Program-made: the position numbers and the translations under genes
Assembly: GCA_964016885.1 (NCBI GenBank)
Contig: OZ024754.1
Location: 27,528,001-27,592,000 of the forward strand
DNA length: 64,000 bases
Origin: Eledone cirrhosa
Lineage: Eukaryota
Reading direction: 5' to 3'
The notes under the pieces: model-generated
What the model saw: only the letters and a program-made list of their open reading frames with translations
Database searches by the model: none
Told to the model about the DNA's origin: nothing
Shown: piece by piece, positions 1 through 15,391 of the stretch
Layout: each line of letters opens with the position of its first letter
Numbering within the stretch: position 1 is the first letter of the stretch

Positions 1-100
1 CCTAGGTGTCAAATGTTTTTGTAAACATTGTATACAAAACGTACATATATGTGTATAGCGCAATGTTGGAGGAGCATGAATACTAATTTTATGTATATGC

Positions 101-104
<4 letters not shown>

Positions 105-184
<80 letters not shown>
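105..184. repeat. (TG)n microsatellite
   Basis: Direct dinucleotide run. Confidence 0.98.
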
Positions 185-187
<3 letters not shown>

Positions 188-724
188 CCTGCATGATTTA
201 GAGTGTTTATATTTAGATATGAGTGGAGAATTTACAGCAGAGGAATAACGTCAATAGATAGATAATTTCCACTACATCACTTCAACTCTTGCCATGAAAT
301 CACGCAAAGCTGTTTATTCTATTTATTTAAAAAAAAAATCATATTTTTAAATGTTTCCCAAAACACTTCAAAATCAAAGAGTTAACGATTTATAATCTAT
401 TAGAAGCTCATTACTGATCAATAACTGAAAATGGAAGGGCCCGTGGGAATAGATTGATAAAATAGTCATGACGTGAGTGTGAAGGTGTCGTGTGGCTCTC
501 TATCTATTCAAACAAATAAATCAAATAAATTGTTTAACATTTGGTTTTATCACAAATTGATTCTGATGACTAACTATCGCAAGAAGTCGACATGTATAAT
601 AATATAATATAATATATTTTCTTGAAATACCTTGTCAGAACTGTAATGTGTTTTATTTGGTAAAAGATATCTGACATTTTCTCACGCAATTTCATATGAA
701 AATATAAGAAAATATATGCTTTCA

Positions 725-840
725 TTGCTTGGTGGTTAGATTGTTCCGACACGATCGCAATGTCGTGAGTTCGCTTCACACTCGCAACAAGTGGCATGTA
801 GTGTCCTTGAGCAAGATGCTATATTTCATGTTACTCCAGT
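725..840 (+). mobile_element. Degenerate tRNA-derived SINE fragment
   Basis: A-box-like tggtggttag, B-box-like gagttcg, then gtgtccttgagcaaga. Same family occurs reversed at 18140-18307. Confidence 0.55.
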
Positions 841-932
841 GGTCTCATCACTTATCATCCCTTTCTACTGTGTTAGCGATATCGTAAGCTCTAGTAACAG
901 GAAAAATTGATATGTTGGTGAGGCTTCTTTAC

Positions 933-967
<35 letters not shown>

Positions 968-989
968 GATTTGTATTCCAATGTTACTA

Positions 990-2548
990 AGTAGTTGCAT
1001 TGGATGGAGTCAAAATATATCCATAAGGATCTCCCGACTGTCGTCTAATTTGCAGACCTTCAACGAGCATGCTGAATATTATAATGACGCACTTAGAAAA
1101 GCTGGTTACTGCGAGAAAATTGAATATCTAGACGATAACCACATAAGTACTATGATTAAAACACATCTAAGTCGAACTAGTATTGCACCACACACACACA
1201 TCAATAGGCATACTAATAGGTGCAAACCAGCAAATGGAGTCAGACGTAGAGAGTACATATGGTATAACCCCGTGTACAATATTTCTATTAGCACAATTCT
1301 ATACACTAATCAATAAACACTTTACAACTTCACATAAATACTATAAAATCTTTAACTCGCGCACCATTAGACTCTCATACTCCACTGCACCTAACATAGA
1401 GCAACTAATTAAAAAACTCAACTCAGCAATACTAAATAAGTACATCCCTAATGACTCAGCGCACCAGCATAGCAACATACAACGCACTAACACGCAACTA
1501 CAACCCCACCAAACTATCCAGGATTCTACTGCAAAACATAAAAATAATTGTAACTGCACCAAACCAGGTACGTGCCCACTGAATAACCAGTGCCTAGCAC
1601 GCAATATTGTCTACCGATAAATAATAAATTCCGGAACCAACAAATGGTATTACGTCGGATGTACCGCAACTTCTTTCAAAGCTCGCCTATACCAACATCG
1701 ATCTTCGATCAAGCACGAGAAAATGCGCTCCGTAACAACCCTCGCCGATAAAGCCTGGCAGCTCCGGAGGAACAATCAAGCATTCTCCCTTGATTGGCAA
1801 ATTATTGCAGCTGTGCCTGCATGTAAACAAAATCATCGATTCTGCAAATTATGCAATTTGGAGATATACTGCATTTTAACGTCGGTAAACAAACTTTTGA
1901 ACAGCAAAATTGAACGTTCACTATACTGTAACCAACGTTTGAAAACGACTTTTTCTTTTTTTAAATGCATATAATGTTACCTTTTTACACCACCGTTTGC
2001 AAATTTCTGTTTTATATGTTTATACACACGATATGGCTTTCTATAATAATAGTACTAAACACTGTTTTCTGGACCCCTTTAGAAATAACCTGCTACTATA
2101 ATAGCCCCAATAACTTGTCTGTAATTCTGTACCACTTTGACCCCTTTAACTAAATTTTGTCCGAACAACACCACTAGAAGAATTTACTTCCCCCGCCAAC
2201 CCTAACACGCCTCATTATGCTAACTGCTGCCAAAACATTCTCTCCTTACAATCTCTACTAGTCTGACAGTCTTAAATCCTAGGACTCCCTCCCCCTTACT
2301 CACTTCCCTCTCCCCCTTCTGTTCCTACCTCCTTCTTTCTCTTTTATCTAGTGTATAAAATATTTTCATATCATTCCAATACAAAGGTCTGACGACATGG
2401 TGTGTTTGCTTGCAGTGTACCTTCGGTTTATGATAATATTTTTTATATTATTCAAATAGCGAGGTATAGGTAACCCATACACTATAGAAACAATTGTTAC
2501 CTAATAAATTTTTTATACCCGCATTTCCGTTTCATAAACTTCTTCTCC
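990..2548 (+). mobile_element. 5'-truncated Penelope-like element (Naiad-type): RT thumb/linker, GIY-YIG endonuclease, 3' pLTR
   Basis: Frameshifted ORFs 981-1316, 1183-1620 and 1723-1974 give IWYNP, KHF..HKYYKIFN..TIRLSYS, CNC...CPL...CL..NIVY, YVGCT..FKARLYQH, W.II..CKLC..E...LLN. Flanked by (TA)n, with a hammerhead near the 3' end. Confidence 0.85.
2385..2502 (+). ncRNA. Type-I hammerhead ribozyme motif with long stem-II insert
   Basis: AGGT-CTGACGA-[catggtgtgt...atacactata]-GAAAC-AATT-GTT-ACCT. Stem I aggt/acct; palindromic stem III ACAATTGT. Confidence 0.7.
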
Positions 2549-2564
2549 ATATATATATATATAT

Positions 2565-2728
2565 TTATTAAAATAACAGATTAAAGTTTAAGCAAAGAAT
2601 CGGTAGTTTCAGAAGATCCCGCTAAGGGTGAAGGCAGCGATTCTTTGCTTAAACTTTAATCTGTTATTTTAATAAATATTTGCTCTACGGTTCTTATATA
2701 TTTGATATATATTTATCCTTATCGAGCC
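2565..2728 (+). mobile_element. Short Penelope pLTR derivative with inverted 5' duplication (family P1)
   Basis: ttattaaaataacagattaaagtttaagcaaagaatcg is inverted around a hammerhead-like core. Matches the terminus of the element at 25592-27380 and copies at 4288, 16778, 16938 and 18393. Confidence 0.75.
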
Positions 2729-2730
2729 AA

Positions 2731-2920
2731 GGAACCAGTAGGACCCCGACGGCTGAGCTCAAGCCGTTTCGATGGCTAATTAGTCCAGAATTAGCCGTCG
2801 AAACGGCTTGAGCTCAGCCGTCGGGGTCCTACTCGTTCCTATTACCCACTCTACTACCCTAAGTATTGAGTACTTTGGTGCGTTATGGTCCATCTGGTTC
2901 CTTACCACATTTACTTCGTT
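2731..2920 (+). mobile_element. Fold-back palindrome element (family P2) containing a hammerhead 3' half
   Basis: ~50-bp near-perfect arms around agtccag plus an ~80-bp unique tail. Near-identical copies at 13651-13843 and 27624-27818. Confidence 0.8.
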
Positions 2921-3012
2921 ATATATATATATATATATATATATATAGATATATAGTTGTAGGGTTGCAAGGTGAATGCGTTTCGTAGGCGGTATGCGGT
3001 GAGTAATCTCAT

Positions 3013-3475
3013 TTATAATAGAAAAGAAATAAGATTTCGCTTCAAGCATAACTTTATACAATATGTATAGAAATTTCGTATTTCTAAAAAAAACGGTTTT
3101 AGGAAGCCGTAGCTATGCAAACACCGGGGGGCTAAGGTCCTCTGGTGGTGTCCAACAGAAGCAAGGGGGACAACCATCTATGCATTTTATAAAGCTATGC
3201 TTGAAGCGAAAGCTTATATCTTTTCTATTATAAGTTGAGCCAACTTATGCACCTTCATATGCAAATGAGATTAATCACCTTATTTACACAGACGAGAAAA
3301 CTATATATTCTCGCCTGTCTTCAAGTCCAACAGAAGCAAGAGGTGGTGAAGGCCAGTCAAGCCTAAAATGCATAGACGGTTGTCCCCCTTGCGTTAGCCC
3401 CCACCCCGGTGTTTGCATAGCTACGGCTTCCTGAAACCGTATTTCTTTAGAAATATGAAATTTCTATACATATAT
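3013..3475. repeat. Interleaved inverted-repeat cluster, probably rearranged pLTR pieces
   Basis: Inverted pairs 3013-3058/3187-3233, 3061-3135/3394-3472 and 3160-3188/3364-3392. gtccaacagaagcaag is repeated directly at ~3150 and ~3325. Confidence 0.7.
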
Positions 3476-3539
3476 ATAAAACTGTAGTTGTCTGTGCTAT
3501 AGCAATATTATAACAATATGACCCACCCTAAGTATAACA

Positions 3540-3594
<55 letters not shown>

Positions 3595-3595
<1 letters not shown>

Positions 3596-4285
3596 TAGCA
3601 GTGGATCCCGGCGTTGTACGGGTAAGAACATTGGTAATAGCACCTCCAATGAGAAACGTTTATTTGTGAGTGCCTGTTAAAAACTCACGAAAATATACCG
3701 CCACGAAACTTGTTTTATTTGGAGAAAATTAAGAAGTTGAAAGTACAGTTTAGCTGTCTACGGGCATTGTTCATAGAAATATTGTTGAGCCCCTTCTTTT
3801 CATACTCCTCTGTTTTGGCCTTTTGGAGTAAATGTGAAAGAGAAAGTCACAGGTTAAGTTGGCAGAAGGTTCCAGTGTCATAGTAGTAAGGTGTAGGCTA
3901 CATACTTAAAAGTTCGTTCGCACTCTTTCCACTAAGTTACTCTTTCTCTCTATCCCTCTCGGTGCAGTCACTTGCGAAGTTCTCGCGTAGGCCTAGTGTA
4001 GATTTGCACACGATCCATCTGCCCGATGCACATGACCACTTTTGGAGGAAGGAGTGACCAGCAGTAAGTTGTTCGGTATTATTACGAAAAGGTGTAGCAG
4101 AGAATACCGCGATAACTAACAGCTCGGGAGGAAACTGCTTACCTCGAAGATTCATTCGCCATCGTTCTTGTCAACGCTCCGTTTAGTTGGTATTTGTTGG
4201 TCTACAGTTAGATGAATGGCGCACAAAAGGTTAATGTTTATTGGCAAGAAGTGGCAACTGGGCTGGCTTCCCTCACTTATATTAT
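3595..4285 (+). mobile_element. Possible non-autonomous Helitron/Helentron-like element
   Basis: Begins directly after (TA)n with ACTAGCAG..CCCGGCGTTGTACGGG, a subterminal hairpin resembling such termini. The right end is uncertain. Confidence 0.35.
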
Positions 4286-4287
4286 AT

Positions 4288-4600
4288 ATTAAAATAATAG
4301 ATTAAAGTTTAAGCAAAGAATCGCCGCTTTCACCCTTAACGGGATCTCCTGAAACTAAAACAATCAATCTATGAACGCAGAAGTAAATATTTCGAAAAAC
4401 GTTGCAACCGAAGGAAAACAGGAAGACGATACTTTGGTTCGTGAAGACGTTCCCTGGCAATGAACGGAAAATAGCGAACATAATACGTCATCAATGTTTG
4501 TCATAATGTAATGCATAATGTAATGCAGACAGATATTATAAGAGCGCGACGGAGATCGATAACCAGCGCCTAACACACCTTTAACAACAGAAAATTAAAA
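4288..4600 (-). mobile_element. Penelope 3' UTR/pLTR fragment (family P1)
   Basis: 4288-4490 aligns by eye with 25685-25890. Confidence 0.7.
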
Positions 4601-6099
4601 AATAAAAGCGGCAGTTAATATCTTTAGACTGCAAGGTATATATAAATGCAAGTTTGAAGTCAATCGGAGTAGAAATGTGGATTTGTATAGACTTTGCAAA
4701 AATGAGGACACACACACAGACAATTACAGTTTTATATATATGTATAGATATATAAATGTGTGTGTGTGTGTGTGTAACAATGAAAACAAAATAAAAGCCA
4801 GAGGTAGGTATTTAATTATTTCACTGTTTTACGATCATTTCAGAGGGTCGATTGATCATGAAAAATCAATGTATCGACTAGCATGGTAGTGGTTGCCATA
4901 TATCAATATATGTGTATTTGTTCACATATGTGTATGTATGTGTATATATGCATACACATACTTTGATGCTTCTATATTTTTCTCAATTATGTTAGGTGTA
5001 CTATTTTTTAATGTGGAAGAATCATTTGAACCATTAAAAAGCATAAAAAACAATCAAATATATGTTACACATATTACATGGTATCAACATTTTTTCTGCA
5101 CTGGTCACTGCCATATCACTGAGAGATAAATGGTAAATACTTGTCACATAAAAATAATAGCTGTTTCTGTTTCTTTTGAATGGCTAAAATAACACGTAAA
5201 CGATGTAATTGCTTAAGTTTCAAAACATGGTCTTAGATCAATTCAGAGAAGAACAACGCCTACATTTATTATTTGTGTTTGTATAAATCCCTATAGCTTG
5301 TCTTTTATATTCAAAGTTAATGTACGATACATCACTAAAATGGTGTCTGGTGAAGTTGAGCGGTTAGAAATCGGCACCCAACTGTGTTTGATATTGTACT
5401 AAAGTGCTGTACATTATTTATACTCAACTGCTGCCAAATAGAAAGCAAAACCAACAGTCTGTGTCTTGAGAGATGCACTTAACGAATATAAAATATGTTA
5501 CGAGGAAGGATTAATTATCTAAAGGAAATGTAAATTTATGTTCCAAATGTATTTATGTTCCATAAACAAAATCAAACTCCCACGGGAAGAGAATTAAAAT
5601 ACGGTAGACTTAACATTTGAAACTAAATATTGGCGAATTTTGATGGAGATAAGTTCGATCTAATTATCAATTGATACAGCTTTATAGAGCAAGAAATCTG
5701 CATAGTATTCCGATATTTTATCGATTTACTGACACAGAATGTATGTTAATGTTCATATGATAATCATTATAATAAAATTAATAGTTTGTTTACCTCCGTT
5801 CCTTATTCTTTAAATAAGGCAATCTACAAAACATATATGAACTGTCTACAAACTTCAGTTTTCATCAGTTGTTATCTCTCTAGATAATAGCAAGGCTGTG
5901 ACCTGCGTTACAGATCAACTCATATATATGAGGTGAAGTATATATTGGCAGTAATTATTCCCACCAGATTGAATATCATGGATCACGTTACTGCCATCCA
6001 CGGTTATCTATGAGGAAGTACAGGATGGGGCCATAATATGTTGATAGGTATTGATGGAATTAGAATTTAAATTATGAGGCGCAAGTTATTCTCTCTCTG

Positions 6100-6292
6100 A
6101 CACTTTATGTCCAACGCTCTACCGATACTGCCAATCTACCGCCCTTAAAGGATTCCGTCCCTTTACTATCTGAGTTCAAATCCCGCCGAGGTTAACTTTG
6201 CCTTTCATCCTTACGGGGTCGATAAAATAAAGTACCAGTAATGTACTGGTTAATTGCTGGCTTTGTGCCAAAGGTAGAAACAATTATTAATA
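6100..6292 (+). mobile_element. tRNA-derived SINE (family S1) with inverted 5' head
   Basis: Body ctgagttcaaatcccgccgaggttaactttgcctttcatcc...gataaaataaagtaccagt...gtagaaacaattatt. 6100-6143 is the reverse complement of the head seen at ~20570. Confidence 0.75.
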
Positions 6293-6349
6293 TTCGAAAA
6301 ACTCAGATTACATTTATTGTATTCAGCCATGTAGAGCGAAATTTTCTTT

Positions 6350-6413
<64 letters not shown>

Positions 6414-6598
6414 GATAAACTACAAAAATGTACGGTAGTGTCCAATCCGTATGAAGAACTCAATGTAATCCGAATATCATGAAAAGAGAAGATGTATTCA
6501 AAAAATTTTTTAGATGAAAAACACAGGAAAACAGAGTCAAGATAAATTAATAAAAATAATGAATAAAAACAAAGAAACAGTTCCTTATATTAAAAAAT

Positions 6599-6726
6599 TC
6601 ATCATTTTACGATCGTTTCTAGGATATATATGTGTGTGTTGGTATGTATATCATATAGATCTATGTAAAATTTTTACAAACTATCAGAGGGAATATACAT
6701 ATATATGCTGTCTTCAGAAATAATGA
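6599..6726 (-). ncRNA. Hammerhead motif (inverted pLTR copy)
   Basis: Reverse-complement copy of 8254-8389. Confidence 0.65.
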
Positions 6727-6931
6727 TATTTGTTTATTGAAAAAAACCAACAAAGATTCAATATAATAGGTCTGTTTGGGAACAGGTTTTGAATTGACCA
6801 ATAGAAAGATAGTAAGTGGTCAAGATGGTAGAATAGTAGTAATGGAACTTTAATTTAGGGGTAGAGGAAGGCAAATAGATCAACGGTTAAATTTTCCTAC
6901 TCAACAACCAAAAATATACAACAAAATATAA

Positions 6932-7510
6932 GTGCCTATAATGCATATAAATGTAAAAAAAACCATGAATATACCACGAATACATCAAACTAACCATAAT
7001 ACTAAAATAAACCACAGCAAACCACCATCTCATTCACATACAACAAGTCGTGAAAATTCCACACCTAATTTGACTATCTCCTCTGATACAGCATTCACGA
7101 AAGGTTGTAACTGTAGAAACAAAGCAAATTGTCCATTAAAAGGAAATTGCCTTATTAATAACATAGTATATAAATGTAAAATTAACACTAAGGACTCAAC
7201 TTATTCATATATAGGAGCTACTTCTAACCAATTTAAAGTAAGATTTAATACCCACAAACACAGTTTTAAAAATGCCGCATTAGCTAATACAACATCCTTA
7301 GCTGAAATAATTAATAATTATAGAAAAAGGAATATAGATTATAACCTGACCTGGAGTGTGCTCAATATATGAATGTAGATTATGAATGTAGATTATGTTC
7401 CCAGGAACTTTTTGAAATAATGAAATCTAAGGATATCCTATTAAATAAGCGACAGGAATTAATTATATAATGTAATCATAAATTGAGAAGAACTTTTAAA
7501 TATTATAAAC
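6932..7510 (+). pseudogene. GIY-YIG endonuclease domain remnant of Penelope-like element
   Basis: Motifs as above; disrupted after 7372. Confidence 0.8.
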
Positions 7511-8253
7511 CTAATTAATATACACTTTACAAATTATTATAATAACACTTTTTTTTAATTAGTTAACCTATAATTAATATTCTACTACTAATGAACTGCA
7601 TAATTTTATTTCCCTTTTACAGCTATCTTTTCCTAAAATTTATACCAATAAGTATACATATAAACTATTTTAATTTCAGGTTATGAATCTATATTCCTTA
7701 TAATCTATATAAATTTGTTATTTCTCACTAATAAATTTACCCCCCCCCCCCCAATAATAATAATTATTATTTTTTTATTTTCCTTTCGTTTTTAACAGCA
7801 TTCTTCAATTACATCTAACTCTTATTTATCATATCTATATGAATTAATATAAATTTATAATATAAATATACCTATCAATTTAATTAATTTATTTTCTTTT
7901 TATAGATGTAAATTCCTTATGTTTTAAATAAGATTGATATTTTTCACTAACACTTTATCGTAAAATTTTATTATCCTTAGATATTTACATTAGCATTATT
8001 CTTTTATAACTTCAAATTTTCGTGTACCTTTTACCGACTTGACCTATTTTCATCCCCAAAATAATCTTTTCATTCATTATACTCTTTCCATTCAAAACTG
8101 AAATCTGTCTTCCTCTACCCCTAAATTAAAGTTCTATTACTACTATTCTACCATCTTGACCACTTACTACCTTTCTATTGGTCAATTCAAAACCTGTTCC
8201 CAAACAGACCTATTATATTGAATCTTTGTTGGGTTTTTTTCAATAAACAAATA

Positions 8254-8389
8254 TCATTATTTCTGAAGACAGCATATATATGTGTAAGTATGTATATTCC
8301 CTCTGATAGTTTGTAAAAATTTTACATAGATCTATATGATATACATACCAACACACATATATATCCTAGAAACGATCGTAAAATGATGA
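8254..8389 (+). ncRNA. Type-I hammerhead motif with ~100-nt stem-II region
   Basis: TCATTATTT-CTGAAGA-[cagcatatatatgtgt...acacatatatatccta]-GAAAC-GATC-GTA-AAATGATGA. Confidence 0.7.
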
Positions 8390-8539
8390 ATTTTTTAATA
8401 TAAGGAACTGTTTCTTTGTTTTTATTCCTTATTTTTATTAATTTATATATATATATATATACTTAGGGTAAATATTGATGCAATTCAATTCAAGCACTCA
8501 ACGTACTTATTCCACATAGGAGTGACGGAGTAAATATCG

Positions 8540-9010
<471 letters not shown>

Positions 9011-9264
9011 AATGAATGGTTATGTGTGTGCGTGCAAGCGAATCAGTTGACATATCTGTTATAGAATTTAATAGTCTAATAATATAAGGGAGATTGAAAA
9101 AGATAGCTTATATATTCCTGTATTTGTTGATCAATTACAAAGCAGTATTGTTAGGTAGTATATTCCATATTAAAAACAATTGAAAACATGTTCTGTAGAG
9201 GAGGAAATGAAGCCGATTGTGAATACATGATTTATTCTATAGTTACAGGATATCTCATTTCTTT

Positions 9265-9520
9265 CCCCTCTCTCTGTGTCTCTCTCTCTCTCTCTTTCTT
9301 TCTCTCTCTCACTCTATCTCTCTCACTGGGTATCACTCTCTCTATCTCTCTCACTGGGTCTCTCTCTCTCTCTATCTCTCTCACTGGGTCTCTCTCTCTC
9401 TCTATCTCTCTCACTGGGTCTCATTCTCTCTCTCTCTGGGTCTCACCCTCCCTCTCCCTCTCTCTCTCTATCTCTCTCACTGGAATCACTCTCTCTCTCT
9501 CTCTCTCTCTGGGTCTCTCT
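9265..9520. repeat. CT-rich minisatellite, ~30-bp unit tctctctctctctatctctctcactgggtc
   Basis: cactggg recurs at ~9324, 9353, 9383 and 9413. Confidence 0.85.
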
Positions 9521-9639
9521 TTTTCTTGTTCAGTTTTAATTGTTACAACACCATCATCTGTATATACACTCGAATATACACACCTACACAAATGTTTATA
9601 GTCACACACGCACACGTACTCACATACATGCATACACAC

Positions 9640-11497
<1,858 letters not shown>

Positions 11498-11904
11498 CCA
11501 TACGTATTTTATATTATATTGTGTTTCGTCGTATCTCACGCTAAATTTACATGAATTTTGTTTTATTCTACAACCAGTCGAGTCCTCCGAGACAACTGGA
11601 AGGGGACTGCATTAATCTTAATTCGATATTTCTATATTTCAAGATGCAAATAGTGCATAAAATTTAACATTATCCACATAAATTCTCCAGGTGTAGCTTT
11701 GTGGATCAGTGTTTCGCCTTGCAATCTCATGTTTTCGGGATCCTTCCCATTGCATGGTACCTTGCTTTACTATATTTTACTATAGCCTCAGCGTAACCGA
11801 TGAGACGTGAATTAAATTTAATTTATGGCAGCAACAGAAGCATGAATCGCTCTACCTGCCGTTCATAAACATGGGAAGGTGTGAACACCTCTGAGCAAAA
11901 CAGC

Positions 11905-12590
11905 TTAATGCTATAGAGGGAATGCTTCTGGCTACACAGGAGCAATCCCTCAGAATGAAGTAGGTGAAACACCTTATTGACTAGGAGGAGGCTAGCCCAT
12001 TCTGTAGAATCTGTGGAGAGAGAGAGAGAGGAAACTGTGGCTCGCATCGTATCCGAGTGTAAACACCTAGCCCAGACTCACTATAAAGGATGGAGGCACG
12101 ATATAATAGGAAAGGTGATCCACTGGCATTTATGCAAACTAAATAATTGACCAAATTCTGAGAAGTGATATGAGCATAAGCCACAGTCGGTGATAGAAAA
12201 CAATCGAGTGAAGGTGTTATGGGATTTCAGGATACAGACAGACAAGAAATTAGAATACGATAGGCCTGACCTGGTGGTTTATGACAAGGAAAAAAGATCG
12301 TGCCTAATTGTCGATGTAGCCTGCCCCTTTAACACAAGAGTGCAGGAGAAGAAGAAAAGTAATCGAATCCATGATTAAAGTGCGAATTAAAAACGATTTG
12401 GGACCGTCATGAGATCAAGGTCGTCCCGATTGTCATAGGAGCACTAAGTACTATCTCGAAGTCCCCTTTTTTGAAACACTTCAAGAGTCATGCTTTCAAG
12501 AGGCTGAAGGTAGCGGCTTGATGTTCATTTGAACTAACTTTCCAATGACTGAGACTCAAAGAAAATATTAATAATAATATTAATAATAAT
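11905..12590 (+). mobile_element. Old 5'-truncated R4/Dong-like fragment (family of element at 51496-55409)
   Basis: VKVLWDFRIQTDKKLEYDRPDLVVYDKEKRSCLIVDVACPF closely matches the REL domain of ORF 51570-54962. Ends aatgactgagactcaaaga plus degenerate (TAA)n. Confidence 0.85.
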
Positions 12591-13144
12591 ACGATTGATA
12601 ATCATGCGCTCAATTGATTCTGCTGTCTCAAATTCTTTTAATAATTAGTAGACTCATTAATTCATCCATTATCCGGTTAGAAATGTATTTGACTAAATCT
12701 TCACTTACTATTTCATACTATTTCAAATTTCTTAAATATGGCAGCCGAATCGCAATCAATATTCACTAAAATATTGTCTAGACTAGTTAATCATCTTTCA
12801 GATTTAATAATTAATTGATTACATATTTTATATATATTAAATATATACTAATTACATGCGAATCAATTACAAAGAATGAGATGCATCAATTATTTTTCTA
12901 CACTTTTTTTTCATAGATTTTTTTTTGCTTTCAAAATTTTGTTCTTATAATAAATATAATTTCATGCATGTGGACAATACCACACATTTATATGGAAGAG
13001 TCGTTAAAATCTACTACACACCCGGCCTTCCTTGTAAGTGAATTAAATTAGATTAAACCAGTAGTGAAATTGGACTAAATGACTTTGCATACAAGACGAT
13101 AGTCTCTCTCTCTCTCTCTCTTTGATTATGGATGTCAGGAGATG

Positions 13145-13300
13145 TTGATGTACAGACGTTAGAACGTCGGATAGAATGGTTTGCGTTGTACGTCCATGTT
13201 TCTGCACCCTGAGTTCAAATCTCGCTGAGCTCAATTTTGTCTTAAAGACTTTCGAAGTTGATAAAATAGAAGATCAGTACTGGGGCTGGTTTCTCATTCA
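13145..13300 (+). mobile_element. Degenerate SINE S1
   Basis: ctgagttcaaatctcgctgagctcaattttg...gataaaata. Confidence 0.6.
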
Positions 13301-13618
13301 CTCTTTCCCTACTCCAACCATGCCCCTCTCTCTCCCTCAAACACATTCTCGGTTACGCTTAAACGTGAAAAGAGATGGGCTCCACTATGTTTAAAATGCT
13401 TATAACATGACATTGAAGCTACAATGCACCAGAGGTATAGGGCCCATTGGTGGAATGTGGTAGATTAAATCTCGCATGCGAGCATGCGAGAAAAACTACA
13501 AATCTCAATTCTACTTTTGAAAAGCATAAGAACTGTGAAACCGGTAAAGGAAACAAATAAATATTCTTAAAAAAGACTCCAGTTGCATTTTCGATTTCTT
13601 TTCCTTATATATATATAC

Positions 13619-13650
<32 letters not shown>

Positions 13651-13651
<1 letters not shown>

Positions 13652-13839
13652 ACGAAGGAAATGTGGTAAGGAACCAGGTGGACCATAACGCACCAAAGTA
13701 CTCAATACTTAGGGTAGTAGAGTGGGTAATAGGAACGAGTAGGAGCCCGACGGCTGAGCTCAAGCCGTTTCGACGGCTAATTCAGTCCAGAATTAGCCGT
13801 CGAAACGGCTTGAGCTCAGCCCTCGGGGTCCTACTCGTT

Positions 13840-13843
<4 letters not shown>
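13651..13843 (-). mobile_element. Fold-back palindrome element P2
   Basis: Copy of 2731-2920 in the opposite orientation, embedded in (TA)n. Confidence 0.8.
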
Positions 13844-13890
<47 letters not shown>

Positions 13891-14242
13891 TTCAATTTGA
13901 TTTTACTATCATGTTTTCATTTCAAAATAACATTAATATTAATCATTTTACTTTCTTTTATTACTTTCCTTAATTTCATTTCATTTTGAATTCAATGTTT
14001 GTTTCAGAAACGATATTTATCATCATTCCTAATGTCTTCCGAAAAATATGCTTTGTTTTATTGAAATAACACTAGCGAAATCTTTAATAATGTTGAACAA
14101 AAATTGTTCTCCTCTTTCTCCTCCCCCAAGTTACCATCAACATCATCATCTTCATTATGTTATTATTGTTATTTTGTAATATTTCACACACGCACATTTT
14201 TCATATGTTGGCAAATGAATAGTAAACACATCGAAAGTCAAC

Positions 14243-14702
<460 letters not shown>

Positions 14703-15391
14703 GCGTGTGTTGTGGGTGTGTGTGTGTGGGTGAAAACATATGTACACACATTCATATAATTATTAACATAAATATGTATATGTAGGCCTGTATTAATATT
14801 TAATTACGTTTACATATATTATTACATGTGTATGTATGTTTTTGTAAGAGGAGATGATGGGTGCGCTTATATATATATAACATATATATATATGTGTGTG
14901 TGTGTATAATATGTGTGTGATTGTTTAGTGTGTGTGCATGTGCCTGCGTGGACAGCAAAATGTTTATAATAAAATAAAACATAAAACTTAAAAATTTAAA
15001 TACCAAATGACATGTTATGTTATTTTATTATTTCAAAACAACCACTAGAACAAAAATGCAAATTACTTGCATATATTCATTCATTATGTATTCATTATTT
15101 ATTTTATTGTGTATTCACTTATTTATGAATTTACTTTGTTTTTAATTATCGGTTGTAGGATTGTCATTGCATTGTGTCTTACGCAATTTCATAGTTATAA
15201 CAATATTTTACCAGAAGATTGTGCAGCTGTGGTTTTATATTTTCCCATCCAGAATTTGCTTTTGATTATATCCTTATAAATCCAGCTTTATCATAGGAAC
15301 GTTAGAAAAGATGTGTACAAAATGAAATAAATATATGAAAGTATTTTGCCGACGACGTGGGCATTGTCTCGGCGTTCGACTTGTTTAGAAT

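Larger units (their letters stand above)
6542..8445 (+). mobile_element. 5'-truncated Penelope-like (Naiad-type) element with inverted pLTR
   Basis: ORF 6932-7372 has GCNCRNKANCPLKGNCLINNIVYKC...YIGATSNQFKVRFNTH (GIY-YIG). 6542-6875 is a ~330-bp inverted copy of 8102-8445. Confidence 0.9.

Noticed and set aside
15067-15330. Possible host exon
   Set aside because: No recognisable protein motif or convincing splice-site pair.
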